From: a virus
Lineage: Duplodnaviria; Caudoviricetes
DNA length: 51,032 nt
IMG/VR virus record: IMGVR_UViG_3300036846_000450
Location: 1 to 51,032 of that record
Reading direction: 5' to 3' (one strand)
Shown: positions 26,853-36,174 of the stretch, in pieces
Position numbering within the stretch: the first letter of the stretch is position 1
Layout of the letters: every line of letters begins with the position of its first letter
Translations under genes and position numbers: made by a program
The notes under the pieces: generated by a model
What the model saw: only the letters and a program-made list of their open reading frames with translations
The model's database searches: none
What the model was told of the DNA's origin: nothing

Positions 26853-28227
26853 TGCCGTCCAGCCATTGCTGGTTGGTCTCCTGATGCTTGACGTCGCCGG
26901 CGAGCGAGGTCGCCAGCTTGTCGAACCGCGTTGTCGGATAGCGCTGGGCGTAATGCGCCGCCAGGTCGGGGAACATGACGTCGAACGGCACCGACGTTCC
27001 CAGGCCGCCGGTATAAGTACCTCCCAGGCCCGTTGAGTAGGTCGGATGCAGGCTTGGCCCGGTTATGCCGGTGGGGTGCGCCCGCGCGATCGACAGCCCG
27101 GCATCGCCGAGACCGACGTCCATCAGGCGCGGGTCGATGATGGCGTGGCGCGTCTCGCCGACGTTCGGGAAGCCCAGCTTGCTGAATTCCGCATTGTCCA
27201 TCAGCTTGGCAAAACGGTCGCGCACCACGCCGGGCTGATCGCGCAGCCATTGCTGCAGATCAGGCGAGCGCACGTCGGGGAAGTTCGGCACCGGGCCAAA
27301 CGACTTGTTGCCCTCGATCATGCGCTTGTTGAATTCGGCCGCCGCCTTTTCTGAGATCGGCGAGGTCTTCAGCTGCTGCGCCAGCGCGTCGGAGGCAAAG
27401 GTCGAGAAATCCACCGCGCGCGGCCCCATCGCCGAATAGACCAGCTCGACCGGCTTGCCGGTTTTCTCGGCGATGTTGCGGACGTTGCCGGCAAGGCCTG
27501 TAATGTTGCCTTGCTTCGAGGCCCAGATGTGTTCGGGGTCTTGCGACATAAAGCCGTGGCCGCCATAGAGGTCGACCCATTGCGGCAGCGCGACGTCACC
27601 GATCTTGGTGACCGCATAGCCGGCGCCGGTGCGGTCGCCGAGCACCGGGACCAGCGCGGAGCCCTGCAGATCTTCCGGCGAGATCAACCGCTCCGGAGAC
27701 GCGCGCGGATTGAGTACCGCCTGCTCGCGTGGCACCTCCGACAGTGGCCGCGCCAGCTTGATGTCGGACACGCCATGCCACAAGCGGGGATCACGCACGA
27801 TGCGTCCCATGCCGGCCTCGACATTGTCCGACGACAGCGGGATGCTGGCGGCGAGCGAGCCCATCTTCCAGGGCAGCGAGGCGCCCATCGTGGCCCCTGT
27901 CAGCGCCAAGTCGACTGGATCTGATGGCGCCACCTTGTCGATCAGCGACGTCATTTCGGCCGCGCGCTTCGGCGCAACAAAGGCTTCCTCCTGCGGGGTG
28001 CCGACGCCGAACGGCACGCGATCGGGCGCGATCATCTGTTCGAGCGGATCGGCCTGTTTCGGCCGCGCGTTCGGGTTCGGCCACATCGTGCCCTGCGGCT
28101 CGTAGTACATCTGCTGCGCCAGGCTCGACATCGCCCAGGGCGGCAGGCCTTGCGTCGGGTCGGCGGGCGGACCTGGGCCTGGGCCGGTCGGCAGGCCCTG
28201 GTCGTCATAGCCGTAGGCGTCGCTCAT
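26824..28227 (-). CDS. Uncharacterised protein with disordered N-terminus and globular C-terminal domain (polyvalent/effector-like)
   Basis: ATGA-coupled start at 28227; globular region GDRT.AG...V.L.GG..FM...WAS...HPTY...L.G.Y.G. Confidence 0.7.
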   Translation of the reverse strand: MSDAYGYDDQGLPTGPGPGPPADPTQGLPPWAMSSLAQQMYYEPQGTMWPNPNARPKQADPLEQMIAPDRVPFGVGTPQEEAFVAPKRAAEMTSLIDKVAPSDPVDLALTGATMGASLPWKMGSLAASIPLSSDNVEAGMGRIVRDPRLWHGVSDIKLARPLSEVPREQAVLNPRASPERLISPEDLQGSALVPVLGDRTGAGYAVTKIGDVALPQWVDLYGGHGFMSQDPEHIWASKQGNITGLAGNVRNIAEKTGKPVELVYSAMGPRAVDFSTFASDALAQQLKTSPISEKAAAEFNKRMIEGNKSFGPVPNFPDVRSPDLQQWLRDQPGVVRDRFAKLMDNAEFSKLGFPNVGETRHAIIDPRLMDVGLGDAGLSIARAHPTGITGPSLHPTYSTGLGGTYTGGLGTSVPFDVMFPDLAAHYAQRYPTTRFDKLATSLAGDVKHQETNQQWLDGIMRYLEQQK

Positions 28228-28478
28228 GCGGCCACCGCCTCTCCGCTGCGGTCGGCGGCATCGGCCGCCATATTCTTGATGGCGGCGATCTCCGCCGGCG
28301 CCAGCGTCTTGCCAAACGGGTTGGTGTCGGGCGCGTAGAAATCGGAGAGGCCGTAGGGCGAGATGTCGCCGAGCACTTTCGAGCAGCGGTGGTGACCCTG
28401 GTAGAATTTGCAGATGCCGCAATGGTTGACCGGGTCACCGCGGCGGTAGTTGGCCTCTTTCTGGGTGTCTTTCATCAT
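28224..28478 (-). CDS. HiPIP-like small Fe-S protein (fourth Cys replaced by Ser)
   Basis: ANY...HCGICKFY....CSKVLGDISPYGLSDFY matches HiPIP Y..CxxC..F...C.VV.G.I.P.GWC. Confidence 0.55.
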   Translation of the reverse strand: MMKDTQKEANYRRGDPVNHCGICKFYQGHHRCSKVLGDISPYGLSDFYAPDTNPFGKTLAPAEIAAIKNMAADAADRSGEAVAA

Positions 28479-30841
28479 CGCAGACCTCCGCCGCCAGGCG
28501 GCGTGTTGTTGATCTTGAACTGCTCGGCCGCGGCGCGCTCGGCGTTCTGCTGGGCGCGCTGCTGGTGCGCCTCGATCTGCAAATCGGCCTTCTCGCGCTG
28601 GATCGCCATGTCCTGCTGCTTGCCGACCATGTCGGCCTGGTGCGCCTGCGCGCTCTCCTGCATCTTCTGGCCCTGCACCTGGACCTTGGCGGCGTCGGAG
28701 GCCTGGTCGGTCTGCTGCTCGCCGCTCGCGATCATGCGCTGGTTGGCGAGTTCTTGCTGCTTGTGGGCGTCGGCCTGGGCCATCTTGTCGCGCTGCAATT
28801 GCAGGTTGGCGGCGTCGCTCTCGCGCTGCTGCTGCAATTTCATCTGCTCGATCTGGATCGCGGTCTTGTTCTGGGCGGTGGTGGGGTCGTCGCCCTGCGG
28901 CTGGTCGGCCTTCTGCTTCATCTGCTCGACCAGGTCGTCGATCGCGCCTTCCAGCGAGCGGCCGGCGCGGTACGGCGCGGTGGCGAACTTCAGGATCTCG
29001 CCGCAGAACGTCGCGGTCTTCGGCTCGGCCTGCATCATCTGCGCGAGCTGAGGCAGCAGCTGCGCCAGCACGCCGACGAATTCGGCGCGGCCCTGCTTCT
29101 CGGCCTGCTCGTCCGGCACGATGGTCGAGTCGGTCTCGATGTCGAGCACGAAGGCCTTGGCGCGGCGGTCTTTCAGGAAACGCAGCACCTGCTCGATGGT
29201 CGGCTGCGCCTGCAATTGCGCGATGGCGGCGGCGCCCTGCTGCAGCTGACCCTGGATCTGCTGCATCATCTGTTGCATCGGGTCCGGCGGTGGTGGTGAG
29301 CCTGGCGGCGACGGAGGCGCACCGCCAGGCGGCTGTCCCGGTGCCTGTCCTTGACCGGGTGGGAGGGCGCCTGGCGGCGGCGGCTGCTGCTGCATCTGCT
29401 GCAGCCGCATCTGCATCTGCTGCATTTGCTGGCCGATCGCGCTGATCTGCTGCTGCACCTGGGCGGTGGTCGGCAAATTGGTCTGCGACATCTCGATCAT
29501 GGTCACGGCATCGAATTTTTCGGTGATGATCTCGGTGATGATCTCGACCAAATCGCGCGCGATCCGCACCAGCTCCTGCTGCTTGTCGCGGACCCGCACC
29601 GAGCCGTACTGCGTCTTCAGCTGCTGGGCGCCGAGCGTTTCCTCCGGCGAGGTCGCGCCGCGCATGATGTCGCTCAATCCCATGATCTGGTAGATGTCGT
29701 CGATGACTTGTTTTCGGAGAGCAACAAGCCCCGTGATGGTCTGCGCGATCACGTCGATCGGCAGCCAGATGATGACGTCCTTGCTGCCGCCGAACGCGGC
29801 CCAGTTCGAGATCGGCACCAGCACGCGGCCGGGCGTCTTCAAATTGATCGCGGCCTGGATCGCCTCGGCCATCTCGGAGCCGCCGGCCGGGTAGAAGCCC
29901 TTAGCCTCGATCGCGTCCGACAGCGCGTGGATCTTGCCGGTCAGAAGGTTGATTTCCTCGAGCTGGTCCTTGTATTGCAGCACATCCGGCACGGGCACCA
30001 GCGATCCGCGCTGGACGGTGCCGTAAGCAGGCTTGGGACATGGGAAAAATCCTCGCAGATCAAGGTGAGGATCGTCCTCATCGAGAATGTTGGTGCAGCC
30101 CTCGGCGACCCACACGACGCGGCGGTCGGACTTTGACCAGATCTCCCAGAATTTGGCGCGCTCGCGGTTGTCGGCGCCGCCGACCTCCTTGGTGTCCTTG
30201 TCGACCCGGTATTCGGCTCTCTGATATTCATCGCCACTGGCCTTCCTGAAGCGCTTGCGGGCCTCGCCGCGGGTCAGATAGGAGGCGCCGGCGACCCAAT
30301 TCACCTCGCGCCAGTTGCGCGAGATCGAGTGCAGAAAATCCCGGCGGTTCTTGAAGTCGATGCACACCATCTCCGGCTTGTTGCCCTGCGGCGCCTGGTA
30401 ACGGCACCAGGCGACGCCGCGGTCGGCCAGCGCGAGGTCGTCGCGCACCAGCTTCATCAGCTCGTTGATCTCGGCGAGGTCGAAGGCGACCACGGCGCAG
30501 CGCTCCATGGTCTCGGCGGCGGCCTGGTAGACCGGCCTGCGGTCCATGAATTTCGGCACCACCACCGGCACCGGCGCCTGCGCGTAGATCGACGGCTTGA
30601 TCACCTCCGCGTTGGCCCAGAACATCTGGAATTCCTTGTCGCGGATCTGGTTCGAGAGCCGTTCGAGGTTGGCATATTGCTTGTCGATGTTGTCGCAATG
30701 CTCGTTGTAGCGCTCGAACGCATCCTCGCTCTCGGTCAAGAGATTGAGCCACGCCTTGGCCTTCTTCGGCTCCAGCGCCGGGTTGAATTCCTGATCGTCG
30801 GTGCGGAGGTCTTCCTCGACCGGGGTGAGATCGTCAGCCAT
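28475..30841 (-). CDS. Portal protein
   Basis: 788 aa after terL; FWAN.E...P.IY...P.PVV, FFPCPKP.Y, MRGAT...ETLGAQQLK.QYGS.R, Gln-rich barrel. Confidence 0.85.
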   Translation of the reverse strand: MADDLTPVEEDLRTDDQEFNPALEPKKAKAWLNLLTESEDAFERYNEHCDNIDKQYANLERLSNQIRDKEFQMFWANAEVIKPSIYAQAPVPVVVPKFMDRRPVYQAAAETMERCAVVAFDLAEINELMKLVRDDLALADRGVAWCRYQAPQGNKPEMVCIDFKNRRDFLHSISRNWREVNWVAGASYLTRGEARKRFRKASGDEYQRAEYRVDKDTKEVGGADNRERAKFWEIWSKSDRRVVWVAEGCTNILDEDDPHLDLRGFFPCPKPAYGTVQRGSLVPVPDVLQYKDQLEEINLLTGKIHALSDAIEAKGFYPAGGSEMAEAIQAAINLKTPGRVLVPISNWAAFGGSKDVIIWLPIDVIAQTITGLVALRKQVIDDIYQIMGLSDIMRGATSPEETLGAQQLKTQYGSVRVRDKQQELVRIARDLVEIITEIITEKFDAVTMIEMSQTNLPTTAQVQQQISAIGQQMQQMQMRLQQMQQQPPPPGALPPGQGQAPGQPPGGAPPSPPGSPPPPDPMQQMMQQIQGQLQQGAAAIAQLQAQPTIEQVLRFLKDRRAKAFVLDIETDSTIVPDEQAEKQGRAEFVGVLAQLLPQLAQMMQAEPKTATFCGEILKFATAPYRAGRSLEGAIDDLVEQMKQKADQPQGDDPTTAQNKTAIQIEQMKLQQQRESDAANLQLQRDKMAQADAHKQQELANQRMIASGEQQTDQASDAAKVQVQGQKMQESAQAHQADMVGKQQDMAIQREKADLQIEAHQQRAQQNAERAAAEQFKINNTPPGGGGLR

Positions 30842-31412
30842 GGCTCGCCACCATCATCCAGTCGCGCGGTGTTGCCTTGCCTGTGAACGGGACCAGCATC
30901 CCCGAGAGGTCGCCCTCGCGCTCTGCGATGGTCGGCTGCATGGCCATCCAGGCCTCGATCGGCGAGCGCCGGCAGCGCACACCGCTATCCACGAGACTGG
31001 CGGCGCGGGCCTTGGTGACGCCGAGCCGGCGGCCGATCTCGGCGAACGTCATGCCGGCCTCGCGCATCGCGGTCGCCGTCTTGCATCGCTCAAAGCGCTG
31101 CTGGCGCGCGGCGAGCCTGGGATCTCCGGTCAGCGCGGCCCAGTCGATATTCGAGCGGCGCTGCTTTGCGTTCGGCTCGGCATTGGCCCTGCGCTCGGCG
31201 GCGCGTTCGGCCATGGCGGCGAGCCTGCGGTCGTACTCGGCCGCGGCTTCCGCCCGGCGCGCCTCGCGCGCGGCGGTGAGCGCCGTCTGCTGTGCGCGCC
31301 AAACCTCGGCGTCCCGCCATTCGCGAACGCGCCGCCGTTCGGCAATCCCCCCCATCTCGTCAAGGCTGGTGGTGTTGAACCACTGCCACCACAGTGCGTC
31401 GTAATCTTTCAC
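30834..31412 (-). CDS. HTH-containing protein inserted between terL and portal
   Basis: GTGA-coupled; MREAGMTFAEIGRRLGVTKARA sigma4-like HTH. Confidence 0.6.
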   Translation of the reverse strand: MKDYDALWWQWFNTTSLDEMGGIAERRRVREWRDAEVWRAQQTALTAAREARRAEAAAEYDRRLAAMAERAAERRANAEPNAKQRRSNIDWAALTGDPRLAARQQRFERCKTATAMREAGMTFAEIGRRLGVTKARAASLVDSGVRCRRSPIEAWMAMQPTIAEREGDLSGMLVPFTGKATPRDWMMVASHG

Positions 31413-32767
31413 AGGATGATGCCTCCTCGGCGCGGTTCGGGCGGCGGCGGAATGATCAGGCCCTCGCGCCGCGGCTCTCTCGCCACCAGGCGCGGCCCGC
31501 GCTGTCGTGCCAGCGCGAGGTAGCGGAAGGCGTCGGCCGGGTGCGAGGTCCAGTTGTGAATGGCGGTGGCGCGGAAGGCTTTTTTCTCGTCGTCCCACTC
31601 GCGCGCATATTGTTCGAGCGCGGCGAGCCCGCCCTCGCACCTCGTGTGAAACACGCAGAGCGGCAGAATTCGCCGCACCGCGTTGATGCCGTCAGCGATG
31701 GTCGCGAGCGGCACCAGCTCGGGATGCAGCCCCTCGGCTTGCATGGTCTCGATGCGGGTCTTGCCCGAGCCCCATTCCTTGATCTTGGCGTCGTGCGGCA
31801 CGTAATCGGTGCCGTCAGCCCAGCCGTGCTCGGCGGCGCGTCCGCGGATCACGCCGGCGTAGTGCTCGACGCCGACGCCTGAGGCGGCGTAGTGGTCGAG
31901 GATGAACACCTGGCCGCCGACGTTCTGCCACCACCAGATCGCGGTGTCGTCGCGCACGCCGATGTCCCAGGCGCGGTGCACGCGCTGGCCGGCGACCGGC
32001 TCGATCTCGGCGACGCGCTCCTCGTTGCGCACATTGGCCATTTCCAGGGCGTAGTAGGCGCCCAGGATCGCGGCGTTCCAGGAGCAGAGATATTCCTGCT
32101 CGTACTGGGCGCGGCCGACGTCCTCACCGTACAGCGCGGCATATTCGAGCCGCGCCTGCTCCTGCTCGACCAGCGACAGCGCGCCGGTGTCGCGCACGGT
32201 CTGCAGCTGACAGAACCAGTCGTCCGACGTCCTGGCGTGATCGAACATCGCCTTGGCGTGGTTGTGGCCGCGCGGCGTGGTGATGAAGGCGGCCCAGCCC
32301 GCATTCTCCTGCAGCATCGGCCGGTGGTAGGCCCAGGCTGTCGGGTTCGCGAGCGCCCACTCCGAATAGGTGATGCCGACCGGGCCGCCGCCGACCGTGG
32401 CGTCGTAGCGATCGGAGCCGATCACCTGCCAGGTCGATCCGTTGACGAACCGGATGAACATCTCGTTGTCGTTGGTCGAGGCGCGAATGTACGGCGGGAA
32501 CGCCTCGTCGATGCGGCGCCGCCCGGTGTGGGCGTTGATCGCGGTCCAGATCGCCTTGCGGCCCTGCAAGAATTCGGGAAGGCAGTGCCAGTAATTGCCT
32601 GGCCTGGTCAGCGCGGCGCAGGCCGCATGGTGCAGGCAGATCTCGTCCTTGCCGGCGCGGCGGTGCCAGACCGCCATCGCGCGCTTGCCGCCGGCCTGGA
32701 GGTGCTGCCACAGCGCCATCTGGTGCGGCCGCGGCAGCCAGCCATTGTGCGGCAGCTTGACTTCCAT
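31409..32767 (-). CDS. terL: Terminase large subunit
   Basis: PRPHQ...WHRRAGKD Walker A, SEWA Walker B, TTPRG coupling motif, AWDIGVRDDTAIW RNase H, SH.ADAFRY; true start ATG 32767. Confidence 0.93.
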   Translation of the reverse strand: MEVKLPHNGWLPRPHQMALWQHLQAGGKRAMAVWHRRAGKDEICLHHAACAALTRPGNYWHCLPEFLQGRKAIWTAINAHTGRRRIDEAFPPYIRASTNDNEMFIRFVNGSTWQVIGSDRYDATVGGGPVGITYSEWALANPTAWAYHRPMLQENAGWAAFITTPRGHNHAKAMFDHARTSDDWFCQLQTVRDTGALSLVEQEQARLEYAALYGEDVGRAQYEQEYLCSWNAAILGAYYALEMANVRNEERVAEIEPVAGQRVHRAWDIGVRDDTAIWWWQNVGGQVFILDHYAASGVGVEHYAGVIRGRAAEHGWADGTDYVPHDAKIKEWGSGKTRIETMQAEGLHPELVPLATIADGINAVRRILPLCVFHTRCEGGLAALEQYAREWDDEKKAFRATAIHNWTSHPADAFRYLALARQRGPRLVAREPRREGLIIPPPPEPRRGGIIL

Positions 32768-32907
32768 CACGCCTTGCGCGGTCGGCGCTTCGGCAGGCCG
32801 GGAAATTTGACGCCGCGGGTCTTGCGCAGCAGCACCGCGCCGCGGCCCTTGAACTTGCGGATCAGCTGCTGGACCTGCGCCGGCGTCTTGACGTTGCGCG
32901 TCGGCAT
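32767..32907 (-). CDS. Small basic protein (46 aa)
   Basis: MPTRNVKTPAQVQQLIRKFKGRG...; TGATG coupling to terL. Confidence 0.45.
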   Translation of the reverse strand: MPTRNVKTPAQVQQLIRKFKGRGAVLLRKTRGVKFPGLPKRRPRKA

Positions 32908-32916
32908 CAGCACCCC

Positions 32917-33198
32917 CTACAGATCGACGGCGGCGCCGCCGGATAAGGCGGCAATGGTTCGACCGGCGAGGCTTGATCGAAAAGGCCCGGCGACGTGAAT
33001 ACCCGCCGCGCCGAGCAGCACCACGATCACCCAGAGCACGATCAGCACCAGGATCACCACCAGCAGAACGTGGATGATGCGCGCGAACGGCTCGGGCAAC
33101 GGGATCAGCGGCAGCAGCTGGGTGATCGCCCACCACACCACGCCGAGCAGGATCAGCACGAAGATGATGCCGACCAGGGCGCCGATTGCAGCACTCAT
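32917..33198 (-). CDS. Two-TM membrane protein (Thivi_2564-like; possible holin)
   Basis: WWAITQLLPLIPLPEPFARII motif; paralog of 9048..9257. Confidence 0.65.
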   Translation of the reverse strand: MSAAIGALVGIIFVLILLGVVWWAITQLLPLIPLPEPFARIIHVLLVVILVLIVLWVIVVLLGAAGIHVAGPFRSSLAGRTIAALSGGAAVDL

Positions 33199-33211
33199 GT
33201 TTCGCTCCTCC

Positions 33212-33430
33212 TCAGTCATGAGCGCGCGGCGCCAGCAATTTGCGGACGTCGGCGCAGGGCTCGCGCACGGTGATGAACTTGCTGTCGGTGGTGAGCAGCA
33301 GGCAGCCCGCCTGGTCAGCGAGCAGCTGCTTGCCGGTTTCGCCGCGCAGCGCGACCACCGTGTCGGGGTTGACGTAGATCTCGTGGCCCTCGGGCCCGTG
33401 CAGCAGGATCAGCACGAGCAGGAAGGTCAT
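33212..33430 (-). CDS. Small FlbD-like hypothetical protein
   Basis: LH...G.EIYVNPD.V...DSKFITVRE..ADV pattern. Confidence 0.55.
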   Translation of the reverse strand: MTFLLVLILLHGPEGHEIYVNPDTVVALRGETGKQLLADQAGCLLLTTDSKFITVREPCADVRKLLAPRAHD

Positions 33431-33431
33431 G

Positions 33432-33650
33432 TCAGAACAGGCTGCCCAGGCCGCAGCCCAGGCCGCCCAGCACCTGTTCCTGGTTGGGCGGATTGTGGAA
33501 GCGATCGAAGGCCAGCGCCTCGCGCTGCGCCTCCGCCAACTCGACGCGGGCCTGCGCCAGGCGGCTCTCCAGCTGCGCCACGTTCTCCTCGCGAACTCGC
33601 AGCCGGTCGTGCGGCGTCCGGTTGCCGCGGTACCAGTCATTTGTCAGCAT
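33432..33650 (-). CDS. Small coiled-coil hypothetical protein
   Basis: In-operon ORF from ATG 33650. Confidence 0.45.
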   Translation of the reverse strand: MLTNDWYRGNRTPHDRLRVREENVAQLESRLAQARVELAEAQREALAFDRFHNPPNQEQVLGGLGCGLGSLF

Positions 33651-34017
33651 CGCGTACCTTGTTGCGCCGTTTTTGCCCCATGCATTTGCATGGAAATGAT
33701 TGCCAACCATCGGAATTCCCCAACCGCCCCCTGGCCTTACAAGGGGGCTTGACAGGACCAAATTCCGATCGCTCTCCTGCGCGCGGCATCTCCCCCGCAG
33801 AACCATCCGCACGAGGTCTGGGAGATGTGGGACAATCACTGGTACCGGTACCAGACCGATGTCGAACCCCGACAGACCACCCCGGATCTCCCCCACCCCC
33901 GTGGAACTACGGTCCTGCCACCCCTCCTGGGGAGGCGAGAGGAGAAGCCAAGCAATATCAATGGGTTACGAGGTGAGACGAGGCGGGGCGAGACAGGCAG
34001 ACGAGCGTATAGGTGTC

Positions 34018-34302
34018 TCAGCCCTGGCTCTGGCCCTGGTCACCGTCGTCGGCAGGCGGAGCAGATTGTCCAACAGTTTCAATGATTTGGCGGATGGTGA
34101 CCTTGATGTCACCGCCATCCGGCCCGGTATGCGCCTGGTCGGCCTTGCCCCAGCCTCTGTCCAACAGCGTCTGCGCGGCTGCCACGCGAGCGCCTGGTGG
34201 CGCTTTCGGCTGACGTGCGATCCCGGCGAGGGTGGCGAGCGCCATCTCGGTGTGTGACCGTGCGGCGGAGCGCAGGTCGGTTATCGGTGTGGCTCTGGGC
34301 AT
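34018..34302 (-). CDS. Terminase small subunit candidate
   Basis: AR.HT..AL.TL..I......ARV.AA..LLDRGWGK...TG.DGG motif typical of alphaproteobacterial phage TerS; GAGGA RBS. Confidence 0.7.
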   Translation of the reverse strand: MPRATPITDLRSAARSHTEMALATLAGIARQPKAPPGARVAAAQTLLDRGWGKADQAHTGPDGGDIKVTIRQIIETVGQSAPPADDGDQGQSQG

Positions 34303-34494
34303 TTACCGATCCTCAGTTCCCCGTTGTTTGTTGCGGTGCGGGATGCACCTGGTGAACAGCTCGGAGCGCGATCTCCAATCGCTGGCAATGACCTCTGCCC
34401 AGGTCGCAGCCCGGGAGGCAGTCGAGGTTCCAGCATCCGCTGAAGGCGACGTCGGACGGGATCTCGCGGAACAGGTTGCCGGTGGGGCGACGGA

Positions 34495-34695
34495 TCATGG
34501 GCGATGCTCCTGGCGCACGACGCGGATCTTCCAGCCGGCCTGGCGACAGTGCGTGCGGACGCCGGCGCGGTCCCAGCCGACCATGTAGGCGACGATCGGG
34601 GCGGCCTCGATCACCTGGTCGTCGCGCAGGACGATGGCTGCGGTGAAAGCACCGCTGTGGTGCTTTCCATGGATCTGGGCCAGCAGCTCGATCAT
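34495..34695 (-). CDS. Hypothetical phage protein
   Basis: FTA.IV.....V.EAAPIV.YM.GW....V...C...GW motif. Confidence 0.65.
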   Translation of the reverse strand: MIELLAQIHGKHHSGAFTAAIVLRDDQVIEAAPIVAYMVGWDRAGVRTHCRQAGWKIRVVRQEHRP

Positions 34696-34976
34696 CGCGG
34701 CTTCAGCTGCTCGATCTCGCGGGCGAGGGTGCCGATGCGGACGCCGATCGCGTCGGCCTGCTGGTCGTGGATTGAGGCCAGGTCGCCCTGGCGCCTGCTC
34801 AGCTGGTCGAGATCCAGGCGCAGCTCGCGGACCTGGGAGCGGAGCGGGTCGATGGTCTCAGAGATCAGGGTGCTGATGATTTCGTTGAGGGCGGCGTCGA
34901 GCAGGGCCTGAACGTGGGCGATGGTGGCTTCGTCGTGGGCCTTGAGTTCTGCGTCAATGCGGCTGACGGTTTTCAT
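34692..34976 (-). CDS. Coiled-coil hypothetical protein
   Basis: ATGA-coupled to the downstream gene; start uncertain. Confidence 0.5.
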   Translation of the reverse strand: MKTVSRIDAELKAHDEATIAHVQALLDAALNEIISTLISETIDPLRSQVRELRLDLDQLSRRQGDLASIHDQQADAIGVRIGTLAREIEQLKPR

Positions 34977-35223
34977 ATTGGCCAATGCGGCTGTCCCTTT
35001 GTTTCCCGTGAAATCCCGTGGTTGCGGTTTGGGGCGTGGTGTCCCAATATTTGTCGGTCGTCTGGCGATCGTGCCGGCGCTGAGGAGGCCGAGATGGCGA
35101 CCCTTGTTCTGTTCGTGCTGGGATCGTTCGCGGGCGCATACATAGCCGACATACTGTTCCCGGACCGGCCCCGTGAGCGCTACACCGACCTGAGGCCCCG
35201 CCATGGCGAACTCAATCAGCATT

Positions 35224-35460
35224 ATGACCCCCGCCGTTAAGATCCTGGGCGCGCTGGCGCTGCTGCTGGTGATGTCTGGCGCGCCTGGCGAGCTGGCGCC
35301 TGGGCGCAGCGAATTCGTGCGCTACGTCGACAGCCTGCACGTCAAGCGGGGCAGCGCGTATGTCCTGCCGTTCGACCGGCGCTACCCGACCACCTCGCGG
35401 CGTCCTGGTGGCGTTGTGAAGGCGCCGACGCGGCCGCGGTTCTGGGACTGGCCGATCTGA
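35224..35460 (+). CDS. Small exported protein
   Basis: Signal-peptide-like N-terminus MTPAVKILGALALLLVMSGA. Confidence 0.4.
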   Translation: MTPAVKILGALALLLVMSGAPGELAPGRSEFVRYVDSLHVKRGSAYVLPFDRRYPTTSRRPGGVVKAPTRPRFWDWPI

Positions 35461-35480
35461 GCTGTCAACGCGGACGCATC

Positions 35481-35720
35481 ATGAGCCACGGGATCACCGA
35501 ATGGGAGGCCGCCGAAATCGGCTTGGAGATCTTGCGCGCTTCCGGTGCCGATCTCCCCAGGCGATGCGAGACCGGCAAAAGCCACCCGTATTTGCTGGAA
35601 TGCTATCGGTGCGGGGCGCGTCACGGCGCGCCCTGTGCCTTGTCGTCGGCCGCCGGCTCGGCATTGAGCGCGGCCAGCACCGCGTCGAGCGTTTCCAGCT
35701 CCCGGCCATCCACGAAATAG
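35481..35720 (+). CDS. Small Zn-finger protein
   Basis: ECYRCGARHGAPC motif; overlaps the convergent gene. Confidence 0.45.
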   Translation: MSHGITEWEAAEIGLEILRASGADLPRRCETGKSHPYLLECYRCGARHGAPCALSSAAGSALSAASTASSVSSSRPSTK

Positions 35721-35893
35721 GACGTCGTGTGCAGCTGCTTCACCTTGGGCGAGCGCGGCGCTCCGGCCTTGATCACCGTCAGCCGCGGATAGGTGTCGCT
35801 GCAGTAATGGTTCTGGTAGGCGCCGTGCGCCATGTCGAGGAACAGGGTGCCGCGGAACTTGGCGTTGGCCTTGAGGTCGGCGAGGGTGATCAT
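35621..35893 (-). CDS. Hypothetical protein
   Basis: ATGA-coupled to the upstream HTH gene. Confidence 0.55.
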   Translation of the reverse strand: MITLADLKANAKFRGTLFLDMAHGAYQNHYCSDTYPRLTVIKAGAPRSPKVKQLHTTSYFVDGRELETLDAVLAALNAEPAADDKAQGAP

Positions 35894-36144
35894 GGGTCGG
35901 CTCCCGGCTCGGCCATGTTCATTTTTGCGCCCGGCTTGGAGGCGCGCCGATCGGGCGGCATGTGGTCGTCGGGGATGCCGTAGCGCTCGTACATCTCGAT
36001 CAGCCGCTCCACGGTGAGCGGCACTTTGGTGGCGCCGGACGCAATCCGGAACACCGTCGACCGGGCAACGCCGAGCAGCTCGTGGGCGCCGTGCGGCTTG
36101 AAGCCGAGCCGCTCGACCCGCGCCAGGAATTCGGACACTTTCAT
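35890..36144 (-). CDS. Small XRE-like HTH protein
   Basis: LGFKPHGAHELLGVARSTVFRIASG...VP..V; GGAGA RBS. Confidence 0.7.
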   Translation of the reverse strand: MKVSEFLARVERLGFKPHGAHELLGVARSTVFRIASGATKVPLTVERLIEMYERYGIPDDHMPPDRRASKPGAKMNMAEPGADP

Positions 36145-36174
36145 GGCTGTCTCCAGGAAAATCGACCAGATTGA

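Noticed and set aside
31409-33136. 575-aa terL as given in the ORF track
   Set aside because: The N-terminal extension overlaps two other genes; motifs and TGATG coupling support a start at 32767.
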